The translations under genes were made by a program, and so were the position numbers. From the IMG/VR virus record IMGVR_UViG_3300011339_000515, positions 1 to 26,348 of that record: DNA of 26,348 nucleotides. One strand, 5' to 3'. This DNA comes from a virus. Its lineage: Duplodnaviria; Caudoviricetes. The notes below the pieces were generated by a model. That model ran no database searches, was not told the DNA's origin, and saw only the letters and a list, made by a program, of their open reading frames with translations. Of this stretch, positions 9,205 to 16,943 are shown in pieces. Positions within the stretch are counted from its first letter, which is position 1. Every line of letters begins with the position of its first letter.

Positions 9205-9417
9205 ATGACACTCAGAGAGTATTTTGCAAACAAACCAAGGGGGTCAATGATAGCGATGGCACGCAAGCTGGGCATCAGCAAAACGTGGTTTTCATTGATT
9301 GTTACGGGGCGACAACTGCCTAGTCCCGAACTGGCACGCGACATTGAGTTGCTTACTGGCAGGAAAGTGAAGAGGGCGGAACTTCGACCCGACATTTTTG
9401 GAAAGACAGCGAAATGA
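9205..9417 (+). CDS. Cro/YdaS-like HTH transcriptional regulator
   Basis: MTLREYF...MARKLGISKTWFSLIVTGRQLPSPELARDIE...ELRPDIF is a typical Cro-like pattern; AAGGA RBS favours ATG 9205 over 9172. Confidence 0.85.
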   Translation: MTLREYFANKPRGSMIAMARKLGISKTWFSLIVTGRQLPSPELARDIELLTGRKVKRAELRPDIFGKTAK

Positions 9418-10064
9418 TATGGTACAAATTTCACATTGGGGACTACCTCACACACACGGTTCATCTCAGCGACGCCGAGGATTTAGCGTACCGACGCCTG
9501 CTTGATTTGTACTACATGAGCGAGAAGGAAATCCCACTTGATACCGATTCGGTTGCTAGGAAAATACGCCTAGATTTAGACATAACCGAATCGGTTTTAG
9601 GTGAGTTCTTTGAAAAGACGTCAACAGGGTATTTCAACAATCGTTGTCATGTCGAAATTGCGAAGTATCAACATCAAGTTGAAAATAATCGACAACTCGG
9701 AAAGCGAGGCGGCAGACCGCTTAAAACCGAATCGAAAACCGAATCGGAACCGAACACAAACCCTAACAGAAACAGAAACAGAAATAGAAATACCATATCG
9801 TCGCAAACGACATCAACACGTTTTGATGAATTTTGGTCTGCTTGGCCTACCTCCAAACGCAAGGTTGCAAAGTCTGAATGCCAGAAGAAGTGGGCGAAGC
9901 ATGGGCTGGACTCTGTGGCTGAGACCATCATCGCTCAGGTCAATGCCTTGAAGGTGACCGAGCAGTGGACGTCAGGCTTTGAGCCTGCACCCCTGACGTA
10001 CATTAACCAACGTCGATGGGAAGATGATGCAGGCACGCCAGCCGTGGGAAGGAAGGTCATATGA
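9414..10064 (+). CDS. DUF1376/YdaU-family replication initiator
   Basis: N-terminal WYKFHIGDYLTHTVHLS..EDLAYRRLLDLYY; C-terminal FDEFWSAWP...K...YINQRRWED initiator domain; located between cro and helicase. Confidence 0.85.
   Translation: MIWYKFHIGDYLTHTVHLSDAEDLAYRRLLDLYYMSEKEIPLDTDSVARKIRLDLDITESVLGEFFEKTSTGYFNNRCHVEIAKYQHQVENNRQLGKRGGRPLKTESKTESEPNTNPNRNRNRNRNTISSQTTSTRFDEFWSAWPTSKRKVAKSECQKKWAKHGLDSVAETIIAQVNALKVTEQWTSGFEPAPLTYINQRRWEDDAGTPAVGRKVI
9543..9790. repeat. Iteron-like repeats and A-rich tract; candidate replication origin
   Basis: ACCGATTCGGT (9543), AACCGAATCGGTT (9584), tandem AAAACCGAATCG x2 (9723-9746) plus a partial copy, then (AACAGA/AATAGA)n, all inside the initiator gene as in lambdoid origins. 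Confidence 0.65.
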
Positions 10065-10495
10065 CCCCCGTTGAGCGTATGTTGGGTATGCTGACCAAGG
10101 TCAAGGGTCGCAATGGCTCTTGGACGGCGTGCTGTCCCGCTCATAACGACAAAGGCCCATCCCTTGCTATCCGTGAGGCTGAAGACGGGCGCGTTTTGGT
10201 TCACTGCTTTGCAGGCTGTGAGACCCTGAGCGTGGTGCAGGCGTTGGGCATGGACATGACCGACCTGTTCCCACCTGACGACAAGCGCCGCGAGTACCCA
10301 GTCGAAGGCAAGAAGAGCATGAAGCCTGCGTTCTACGCAAGCGACCTGATGCGCATCATTTCCTTCGAGGCTTTAGTCGTGGCGATTTGCGCCTACGACA
10401 TGAGCAAAGGCAAGAAGTTAAGCGACGCCGACAGAGAGCGATTAAATTTATCCCAACAGCGAATTGAAGAGGCAATGAGATATGCAAACGTCTGA
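10061..10495 (+). CDS. Primase-type CHC2 zinc-finger protein (no TOPRIM domain)
   Basis: WTACCPAHNDKGPSLAI...LVHCFAGC zinc-binding motif; only 144 aa. Confidence 0.8.
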   Translation: MTPVERMLGMLTKVKGRNGSWTACCPAHNDKGPSLAIREAEDGRVLVHCFAGCETLSVVQALGMDMTDLFPPDDKRREYPVEGKKSMKPAFYASDLMRIISFEALVVAICAYDMSKGKKLSDADRERLNLSQQRIEEAMRYANV

Positions 10496-11483
10496 CGTAC
10501 AAAAACGAGCGCAAGAACTTGATGAGGCTCGACGCATTCGCGTAGTTCGACCCGATGACATTGACTTTGCGAAGTACCTTAAAGCCAACGACGTTGCGCA
10601 GAAGGTGCGTGGCGCACATGAATTTTTGGATGAGATTGAAGACGAGTTGGCAAGTCCAACCAAGGACGAGTTCCAAACTATGCCGTGGCCTAAGACCCAC
10701 GAGGGGTTTCAGTTCAGGGCTGGTGAGGTCACGCTGTATGCGGGTGGTAACGGTGGCGGCAAGAGCATGGTGACTGGTTTGATTGCGATGGGTCTCATCA
10801 AACAAAAGCAGAAGGTGATGATTGCTTCGTTTGAGATGAAGCCCAAGCGCACGCTGTATCGAATGCTCAGGCAGTTTGCTGGCGAGAACATTGATGCACC
10901 ACGCTACATCGACAAAAACAAATACATGACAGGTTTGATTGACCGCATGAGGCGCTATGCCCATGAGTTCATGTGGCTGTATGACCAACAGGGTACGGTG
11001 ACTGCACAACAGGTCATTGCGGTATCACGCTACAGCGCCGTGGAGTTGGGTGTGAAACACATTTTCATTGACTCGCTGATGAAGTGCGTGTCAGGTGAGG
11101 ACGACTACAACGCACAAAAGTCTTTTGTGGATGAGTTGACATCGCTTGCGCGTGACCACAACGTACACATCCACCTCATTCATCACATCCGCAAGCTGGC
11201 AAGCGAAGAGGTCAAGCCAAACAAGAACGACATCAAAGGCTCAGGTTCAATCAGCGACCAAGTGGACAACGTCCTTATGGTTTGGCGCAACAAGAAAAAA
11301 GAACACGATGCGCAGAATGGCTCCGTTGACCCGCTCATTCCAGACGCCTACCTGATGTGCGAAAAGCAAAGGAATGGCGAGTCAGAGGATTGGTATTCGC
11401 TTTGGTATCACAAGGAGTCTCAGCAGTTTATTGAGCAACATGACTCGTACCCAATGTCGTTCGACGCTGGAGGTAGATTTTGA
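10482..11483 (+). CDS. DnaB-like (SF4) replicative helicase
   Basis: Walker A GGNGGGKS, SFEM, Walker B HIFIDSL, LIHHIRK, DIKGSGSISDQVDNV, EKQRNG. Confidence 0.9.
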   Translation: MQTSDVQKRAQELDEARRIRVVRPDDIDFAKYLKANDVAQKVRGAHEFLDEIEDELASPTKDEFQTMPWPKTHEGFQFRAGEVTLYAGGNGGGKSMVTGLIAMGLIKQKQKVMIASFEMKPKRTLYRMLRQFAGENIDAPRYIDKNKYMTGLIDRMRRYAHEFMWLYDQQGTVTAQQVIAVSRYSAVELGVKHIFIDSLMKCVSGEDDYNAQKSFVDELTSLARDHNVHIHLIHHIRKLASEEVKPNKNDIKGSGSISDQVDNVLMVWRNKKKEHDAQNGSVDPLIPDAYLMCEKQRNGESEDWYSLWYHKESQQFIEQHDSYPMSFDAGGRF

Positions 11484-11722
11484 ATGAGGGGCAAGAAGGT
11501 CAAGGAGAAGATGAGCATCGTCACCGTTGTCTCGTTCGACACATCATCAAGGTTCGCCTTGAGAATCGCGATAGCGCATACCGTTGGTTCAATGGTCACA
11601 CTGACAAACTTGGGAAGTGTCACAAGGGGTGGAACGAACTTCATCCCAAGTCACGACTTGAAGCGGATGTTAGAGACCAGTGGGCAAAGGGCAACAGAGG
11701 TAACACAGGGGAATGGAAATGA
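11480..11722 (+). CDS. Hypothetical phage protein (80 aa)
   Basis: Overlaps both neighbours; EHRHRCLVR and QWAKGNRG blocks resemble small phage proteins. Confidence 0.6.
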   Translation: MNEGQEGQGEDEHRHRCLVRHIIKVRLENRDSAYRWFNGHTDKLGKCHKGWNELHPKSRLEADVRDQWAKGNRGNTGEWK

Positions 11723-12066
11723 TTGAGATAACACTGCCGTGGCCTCCCACGGTCAACTCTTACTGGCGCAACTTTAACGGTCGCACCATCATCAGTGCAA
11801 AGGGGCGCGAGTACCGCAAGGCAGTCGCTGACCAAGTGCTGATTCAAAGAGCCGCCAAGCACATCGACTACGCAATGAAAGTGGAGATACAAGCCTTCCG
11901 CCCAGACCGTCGTCGTCGCGACTTGGATAACTTGCTGAAGGCGTTGCTGGACTCTATGACCCACGCGGGCGTGATGCAGGACGACGCATTGATTGAAGAC
12001 CTGCGCGTGTACTGGGCAGACGAGGTTGGTGGCATGGTCAAAGTAACCATAGAGGGGATGGAATGA
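11713..12066 (+). CDS. rusA: RusA-family Holliday junction resolvase
   Basis: LPWPPTVNSYWR and PDRRRRDLDNLLKALLDSM...QDDALI signatures. Confidence 0.92.
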   Translation: MEMIEITLPWPPTVNSYWRNFNGRTIISAKGREYRKAVADQVLIQRAAKHIDYAMKVEIQAFRPDRRRRDLDNLLKALLDSMTHAGVMQDDALIEDLRVYWADEVGGMVKVTIEGME

Positions 12067-12185
12067 ACTGGATTATTTCGTTGGTAGTGGTGTACTTCTT
12101 GTTTACGGGGGAGCCTCCTTTGATTGATGTATTGCACGACCACGTCATGCATTACCTTGCAGAGAAAGAAAAGGTTCGTAAATGA
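12063..12185 (+). CDS. Small membrane peptide (40 aa); not in ORF track
   Basis: MNWIISLVVVYFLFTGEPPLIDVLHDHVMHYLAEKEKVRK*; ATGA overlaps at both ends. Confidence 0.65.
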   Translation: MNWIISLVVVYFLFTGEPPLIDVLHDHVMHYLAEKEKVRK

Positions 12186-12355
12186 AAACAGAACCAGACT
12201 TGATTGACATCTACGCAATGTTTGCATTGATGGCGGTCATGCAAAAACACGCCAAGGTGGCTAAGTCAAAGATTGATATTGCCTACGAGGCGTTTGAGCA
12301 GGCTAAAGCAATGATGGAAGTTCGAGAAGATTTTGTTCGAGAAAGGAGTGAGTGA
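12182..12355 (+). CDS. Small hypothetical protein (57 aa); not in ORF track
   Basis: MKTEPDLIDIYAMFALMAVM...IAYEAFEQAKAMMEVR...*; translationally coupled. Confidence 0.65.
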   Translation: MKTEPDLIDIYAMFALMAVMQKHAKVAKSKIDIAYEAFEQAKAMMEVREDFVRERSE

Positions 12356-12477
12356 TGGATACGTTTTTGAATATTGCCGCTTTGTTTTTTATGTTGTCAG
12401 GCATGGTGGCTTGGGTGCTTTGCGCTTTTGCCGCTTGGTTTTATTGGATGTGCAATCGACCACCAGAGGAGGTGTAA
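12355..12477 (+). CDS. Small single-TM protein (40 aa); not in ORF track
   Basis: MDTFLNIAALFFMLSGMVAWVLCAFAAWFYWMCNRPPEEV*; AAGGAG RBS, TGATG overlap. Confidence 0.65.
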   Translation: MDTFLNIAALFFMLSGMVAWVLCAFAAWFYWMCNRPPEEV

Positions 12478-12612
12478 ATGTTTGATTCGTTCGGAGACTT
12501 TTTTTGGACGTTTATGGCGATGTCTGGATTTATGTTTTGGATATGCGTTGTGATTTTTGTTGGCATGGTTATCAAGCGCAATCGCGCAAAAAGGAAGGGC
12601 TACTATGAGTGA
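12478..12612 (+). CDS. Small single-TM protein with basic tail (44 aa); not in ORF track
   Basis: MFDSFGDFFWTFMAMSGFMFWICVVIFVGMVIKRNRAKRKGYYE*; GGAGG RBS. Confidence 0.65.
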   Translation: MFDSFGDFFWTFMAMSGFMFWICVVIFVGMVIKRNRAKRKGYYE

Positions 12613-12937
12613 AGACAGAGACCCGCACAAAGCGGTTGATTACATCCTGAAGCACGCCGCCTTGTTTGCCAAGGCAAAGGCGGAGCGCACCTACATTGAG
12701 CAATTCCGTAAGTCGCTCAAAGGTATTCTGATGAAGCGAAGCATGGAGACTGCAATTGGTGCGCAAGAGCGCGAGGCATATGCCCACCCTGAGATGGTGG
12801 AGTTGCTGAACGGATTGAAAGCCGCAGTCGAGATAGAAGAAAAGCTGAAGTGGGACATAACAGCCGCAGAGTTGCGTGTCGAAATTTGGCGAACAGAACA
12901 AGCGAACAACAGAGCAGAAGGAAAGGCAACGCTATGA
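12605..12937 (+). CDS. Hypothetical all-helical phage protein
   Basis: Likely start MSEDRDPHKA at 12605; AKAKAER...AQEREAYAHP...EIWRTEQANNR coiled-coil pattern. Confidence 0.7.
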   Translation: MSEDRDPHKAVDYILKHAALFAKAKAERTYIEQFRKSLKGILMKRSMETAIGAQEREAYAHPEMVELLNGLKAAVEIEEKLKWDITAAELRVEIWRTEQANNRAEGKATL

Positions 12938-13194
12938 AAACAATTTTTATTGCAGTGTGCGCGGTGAGCGCATTGGTTGGGTGTTCGTCCAGCAAGGAGC
13001 CGTATGTCACGGCGCAAAACCTCGTCATGGATAGGAACATTCAACCCTTGAGTCGCGGTGAGCAGATTGATGCCATCAAGGATTGCCAAGAGGCTGGCTT
13101 ACGCGCCCGTGTGATTTACGGCAAGCGTCTGGTCAATGGCTACAGCACCGAGACAGTTATCGACGTACTTTGCTCAAACAAATATGCCTTTTAA
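12934..13194 (+). CDS. Putative lipoprotein (86 aa)
   Basis: MKTIFIAVCAVSALVG-C signal peptide II/lipobox; ATGA overlap with upstream gene. Confidence 0.75.
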   Translation: MKTIFIAVCAVSALVGCSSSKEPYVTAQNLVMDRNIQPLSRGEQIDAIKDCQEAGLRARVIYGKRLVNGYSTETVIDVLCSNKYAF

Positions 13195-13534
13195 TATATT
13201 TCAATGGGGCATCATCCACGCTTTGGCGTGGGTGGTTTGCTTGGCTGATGGGTGGATTTTCCACAACCACGTCTTGTTTTTGGTTGGGTTATTCTTTTTG
13301 TTTTATTCGCTTTGGGGGATGACTGTGGCAATAGCACCAGAAGACGATGATTTTGAAAAGGCTCAGGGTTGGCGCAAGCGCCATATTGTTTCGCTGAAGA
13401 CCAGCGTTGAATCGTTTGATGAGTGGGGGCATAGCCACCGCCCAGAGCAGTACGACGTAGAGCGCCGCGCCTACCTTGCTGGGTTTGAGGCAGGCTCACG
13501 CAATGAGCGACTCAAGAAAGACGCCAATGACTGA
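13184..13534 (+). CDS. Membrane protein with two N-terminal hydrophobic segments
   Basis: Probable start MPFNIFQWG; hydrophobic N-half, soluble C-half ending AYLAGFEAG. Confidence 0.55.
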   Translation: MPFNIFQWGIIHALAWVVCLADGWIFHNHVLFLVGLFFLFYSLWGMTVAIAPEDDDFEKAQGWRKRHIVSLKTSVESFDEWGHSHRPEQYDVERRAYLAGFEAGSRNERLKKDAND

Positions 13535-13673
13535 CAAGCAACCAACGTGTCAGGTATGCCGCAAGCAACCCGCAGAGGTGAAGAGCAGGAACAGCAGGGG
13601 TTCACCCCAGTGGCGATGCCTCACCTGCCATGAACTCAAGAACCGCGCAGGCTTTACCAAGGGGAAGCAATGA
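13527..13673 (+). CDS. Small C4 zinc-finger protein (48 aa)
   Basis: CQVC...CLTC; overlaps both neighbours. Confidence 0.65.
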   Translation: MTDKQPTCQVCRKQPAEVKSRNSRGSPQWRCLTCHELKNRAGFTKGKQ

Positions 13674-13969
13674 CCACCAAAGCAGAAAAGCAACACATGA
13701 GCAGGGTGGCGGAACTGGGTTGTGCCGTATGCCGACGGTTTGGGTTTGAGGGAACCCCCGCCGAATTGCATCATCCGAGGGCAGGAACGGGGGCAGGAAG
13801 GCGTGCAAGCCACATGGACGTCATCCCACTATGCCCAGCCCACCATCGCGGCTCTCTGAGCGGCATACACGGGGTCGGGACAAAGGCGTGGCCTAAGCTG
13901 ATGGGGTTCACCGAGCAAGACTTGCTGGACGACACCCGCCGCCTGCTAGGCATTACGGTCTGCGAGTAA
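13670..13969 (+). CDS. ref: Ref-family (RecA-dependent) HNH nuclease
   Basis: HMSRVAELGCAVC, AELHH.R.G.G, RASHMDVIPLCPAHH and GIH motifs. Confidence 0.8.
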   Translation: MTTKAEKQHMSRVAELGCAVCRRFGFEGTPAELHHPRAGTGAGRRASHMDVIPLCPAHHRGSLSGIHGVGTKAWPKLMGFTEQDLLDDTRRLLGITVCE

Positions 13970-13991
13970 AGCGGTTGCGTTTTTGCAACAT

Positions 13992-14105
13992 TAGGGTTTT
14001 CCTTAGAAATATTTTTAAAAAGTTCTTGTTGACACGTTTAATTTGAGATTAAACTACCATCACTGACAGCAATCAGGCAGTCAGGCAACTAAACGAAAGC
14101 GAATC
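13992..14105 (+). promoter_or_regulatory. Accessory cassette promoter/leader 1
   Basis: Imperfect palindrome TAGGGTTTTCCTTA, AT tract, TTGACA(14029)...TAAACT(14050) (15-bp spacer, short), 5' hairpin, CGAAAGCGAAT before ATG. Confidence 0.65.
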
Positions 14106-14393
14106 ATGAAATCAAATGACATCCAACTCACAGAAGTAGACACACTCGGTAACCTGTTGGCTCAAATTGCTGAGTTGACCAAGCAAGCCGACAAAATCAA
14201 AGACGACATCAAAGACAGCGCCAGCAAAGGCGGCGCTAAGGTAGTCGAGGGCAACTTGTTCAAAGCTACCTACATTGAGAGCAACCGCTCAGTGTTCGAC
14301 AAGGACGCATTCATCAAAGAGTTTGGCGCAGATGCATACGCCAAGTTCACCAAGACATCCGCTGTGTTCAGCGTCAAAGTAACTTCACGTTAA
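14106..14393 (+). CDS. Hypothetical phage protein (95 aa, N-terminal coiled coil)
   Basis: First gene after the promoter; biased codon usage. Confidence 0.75.
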   Translation: MKSNDIQLTEVDTLGNLLAQIAELTKQADKIKDDIKDSASKGGAKVVEGNLFKATYIESNRSVFDKDAFIKEFGADAYAKFTKTSAVFSVKVTSR

Positions 14394-14406
14394 TCAGGGG
14401 GCGGAC

Positions 14407-14721
14407 ATGAACTTCACATCAATCTACGAAGAAGCAATGACCGCCGCTAAGGCGGCTGAAGCTGAGTATCAAGCCAAGTATGGCGAACCCCTTTACTGCG
14501 GCTTTGCTTGGGTTGACTTCCCAAGCGCACGCACACCGTTTGTGACTTGGTGCAAGAAAAACAACGTCGGTTCTAAACACTGGCAAAAAGGCTGGCAGAT
14601 TTGGAATCCAGCAGGCAACCACACCCAGTCGATGGACATCAAAGAGGCTGGCGCTCATGCGTTTGCTGAAGTGATGAACAAGCACGGCATCCAGTGTTAC
14701 ATGGGTTCACGAGCAGATTAA
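14407..14721 (+). CDS. Hypothetical phage protein with CGFAWV motif
   Basis: 104 aa; AGGGGG RBS; CGFAWV...QSMDIKEAGAHAFA pattern. Confidence 0.75.
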   Translation: MNFTSIYEEAMTAAKAAEAEYQAKYGEPLYCGFAWVDFPSARTPFVTWCKKNNVGSKHWQKGWQIWNPAGNHTQSMDIKEAGAHAFAEVMNKHGIQCYMGSRAD

Positions 14722-14729
14722 CCACAAGG

Positions 14730-14745
14730 GGGGGCGCAAGCCCCC
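14730..14745 (+). repeat. GGGGGC-GCAA-GCCCCC intergenic hairpin (copy 1)
   Basis: Identical 16-mer at 18476-18491; GNRA tetraloop; no U-tract. Confidence 0.8.
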
Positions 14746-14771
14746 GTAACCAAAGCGAAAGCGAATCGGAT

Positions 14772-14957
14772 ATGAAACACGCGCAGGCAGACTACATCAA
14801 TGCAGGGTACAGGTACGAGAAGGCGGACAACGCCAACAAGGCTCGTGCTATGGCTGAGACCATTCGCAAGATGCTCCAAGAGGAACACATCACAGACCAG
14901 ACTGACGCACGCTTCTTTGTTGAGCGCGGTCGTAAAGAGGCAAGGGAGACAGCATGA
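14772..14957 (+). CDS. Hypothetical protein (61 aa)
   Basis: Start MKHAQADY after the GAAAGCGAATC motif; ATGA overlap downstream. Confidence 0.65.
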   Translation: MKHAQADYINAGYRYEKADNANKARAMAETIRKMLQEEHITDQTDARFFVERGRKEARETA

Positions 14958-15268
14958 AAGCCGACCACATCATCAACAACATAGTCACTCAACGCATGGA
15001 GTGCAGGCATTGCGGCTTTACGCAAGCCCTCAAAATGCCAGCCCCTGTTGATGCCATCTTAGGTGAGATGGATGCCTTCCTAGAGGCTCACAAGGATTGC
15101 AAACCACCACAAGCGGAGGCAGTAATGTCTGACTACATCAAAGGCTTTGACGCGGGCTACAGCTACGTCCTGAACGAGATTGAGCAGTATGCCAAAGCGT
15201 ATAGGGGAGACAAGTTGCCCTTCGCCGAGTTGCTCTATCACCTCAAGATGGAAGGCAAGCCTCAATGA
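14954..15268 (+). CDS. Hypothetical protein, possible Zn-binding (CxxC...HxxC)
   Basis: ECRHCG...EAHKDC; coupled to the MTase gene by ATGA. Confidence 0.65.
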   Translation: MKADHIINNIVTQRMECRHCGFTQALKMPAPVDAILGEMDAFLEAHKDCKPPQAEAVMSDYIKGFDAGYSYVLNEIEQYAKAYRGDKLPFAELLYHLKMEGKPQ

Positions 15269-16290
15269 GATTCATTGAGTTGTTTGCAGGCATTGGCGGG
15301 TTCCGTTTAGGGTTGGAGCAGGCGGGACACCAGTGCGTGTGGGCAAACGAAATATTAGAAAAGCCAAGGAGGATTTATGAGCGGAACTTTGGACACCAAC
15401 CTGACCCAAGAGACATTAGAACTGTTCGACCCGACGACATCCCCGATGCCGAACTTTTATGCGGCGGATTCCCGTGCGCGACTTTCAGTGTTGCTGGAAA
15501 GCGCTCTGGATTCTCGACAGAAGATACTCGCGGTACTCTCTTTTTTGAAATCTGTCGCGTTCTCAGAGACAAACGAATACCTTATGTTTTCCTTGAAAAC
15601 GTCAAAGGACTCCTCAACCACGATGGGGGAAGAACCTTTGCTGTCATCATCGCAAGTCTTGATGAACTGGGGTACGACGTTCAATGGGAAGTTGTTAACA
15701 GCCAGAATTTCGGAGTCCCGCAACATCGGGAAAGGGTATTCGTTGTCGGACATTTTAGAGACCGACCCAGACCCCAAGTATTTCCTCTCGGACTCTGCGT
15801 TTCAGAAGATGTTCTCGAAAAAGAAAAAGGAGCGCAAGGAGAAGTTCGAGGAGGGGAACCCGAATCAGGACGACCTGTTCTCATGCCTTTCGTAACGGGT
15901 AAGGTGATGCAGTTCAAGGACGTGTTCCCTACGCTTGACGGTCATTACTGGAAGGGTATCCAAAACAATCAGGGGCGCGGTGCTGTTATGCAGGTTCGCC
16001 CAGTGTTGACACCTCACCGCGAAGAGAAGAGACAAAACGGTCGTCGTGTCAAAGACCACAACGAGCCAGCGTTCACGTTAACCGCTCAAGACAGGCATGG
16101 CGTCATCGTTGGCGAACGCTTGCGTAGGCTCACGCCGCTTGAGTGCGAACGTCTTCAGGGGCTACCCGATAACTTCACCAAGTTCTACGAGGACGGCACG
16201 CTAGTCAGTGACGCAGAGCGTTACGAGCGATGCGGTCGTACCGTCACCATTCCAGTCATCTACGAAATTGCAAAGAGGTTCCCGTTATGA
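15265..16290 (+). CDS. C5 DNA cytosine methyltransferase (Dcm-like), probable carboxymethyltransferase variant
   Basis: Motifs I LFAGIGG, IV GGFPC, VI ENVKG, VIII QHRERVF, IX RRLTPLECERLQG; motif X reads CGRTV instead of the usual GN[SA]V. Confidence 0.92.
   Translation: MRFIELFAGIGGFRLGLEQAGHQCVWANEILEKPRRIYERNFGHQPDPRDIRTVRPDDIPDAELLCGGFPCATFSVAGKRSGFSTEDTRGTLFFEICRVLRDKRIPYVFLENVKGLLNHDGGRTFAVIIASLDELGYDVQWEVVNSQNFGVPQHRERVFVVGHFRDRPRPQVFPLGLCVSEDVLEKEKGAQGEVRGGEPESGRPVLMPFVTGKVMQFKDVFPTLDGHYWKGIQNNQGRGAVMQVRPVLTPHREEKRQNGRRVKDHNEPAFTLTAQDRHGVIVGERLRRLTPLECERLQGLPDNFTKFYEDGTLVSDAERYERCGRTVTIPVIYEIAKRFPL
15377..15895 (+). CDS. Nested +1-frame ORF, putative MTase beta-type polypeptide
   Basis: 172 open codons inside the MTase gene, containing SLKTSKDSST...MNWGTTFNG...SLSDILETDPDPKYFLS, resembling the alternate-frame beta chain of M.EcoHK31I as I recall it. 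Confidence 0.55.
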   Translation: MSGTLDTNLTQETLELFDPTTSPMPNFYAADSRARLSVLLESALDSRQKILAVLSFLKSVAFSETNEYLMFSLKTSKDSSTTMGEEPLLSSSQVLMNWGTTFNGKLLTARISESRNIGKGYSLSDILETDPDPKYFLSDSAFQKMFSKKKKERKEKFEEGNPNQDDLFSCLS

Positions 16291-16943
16291 GTTCATGGAC
16301 GTTTGAGACGCCAGAGATTGCCGCAGGCTTTGATGCCCATGTGCGTGAGCAACTGCCTTGGTATGACATGGTGACCGACGCGGTGGTGTACATCACGCGC
16401 AACTACCTGACAGAGTATGGTGGCATAGTGGACATAGGCGCATCAACGGGGAACATGGTGGATAAACTTCTGCCGCTTGTTTCCGAACGCTCTGCGGACA
16501 TTGTGGCAATTGAAAAAAGCGTGCCGATGTTCAACGTGTTGGAAAAAAAATACAGGCACAGCGATTGCGTTGTTACGGAAAATGTAGATGTGACCAACTC
16601 TCAACTGCCAAAGGCGGATGTGTACATTGTGTTCCTGACAATGATGTTCCTGCCCATCGAAAGCCGCAAAGCCTTAATCAACTCCATGAGGGCGAATTGC
16701 AAGCGTGGTGGAGCCATAGTGGTGGTGGACAAGGTTTGTGACCACGGCGGGTACTTTGCGACCGTCCTGAAGCGTCTCACGATGCAGTTCAAGCTACAGC
16801 AAGGAGTCAAGCCAGAGGATGTGCTGAACAAGGAGATGAGTCTTGCTGGGGTGCAGATACCCCTTGACCCCGCCATGCTGGGGGAGGACGCCAAGCTGTT
16901 CTTCCGTATGGGTGAGTTTGCTGGCTGGGTAATTGAGCGTTAG
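16287..16943 (+). CDS. cmoA: CmoA-like SAM-dependent enzyme (carboxy-SAM synthase family)
   Basis: Start MSSWTF at ATGA overlap. WTF...FDAHVREQLPWY, VDIGASTG, LTMMFL...RKALI...GGAIVVVDK parallel CmoA (WTFD..F.DMI.RSVPGY, YDLGCSLG, FTLQFL...R..LL...GGALVLSEK). Confidence 0.8.
   Translation: MSSWTFETPEIAAGFDAHVREQLPWYDMVTDAVVYITRNYLTEYGGIVDIGASTGNMVDKLLPLVSERSADIVAIEKSVPMFNVLEKKYRHSDCVVTENVDVTNSQLPKADVYIVFLTMMFLPIESRKALINSMRANCKRGGAIVVVDKVCDHGGYFATVLKRLTMQFKLQQGVKPEDVLNKEMSLAGVQIPLDPAMLGEDAKLFFRMGEFAGWVIER

Noticed and set aside
10356-11009. 217-aa minus-strand ORF
   Set aside because: Antisense to the helicase and Zn-finger genes, which have clear motifs.
16230-16286. Upstream start for the CmoA-like ORF
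   Set aside because: ATG at 16287 overlaps the MTase stop (ATGA) and matches where CmoA similarity begins.
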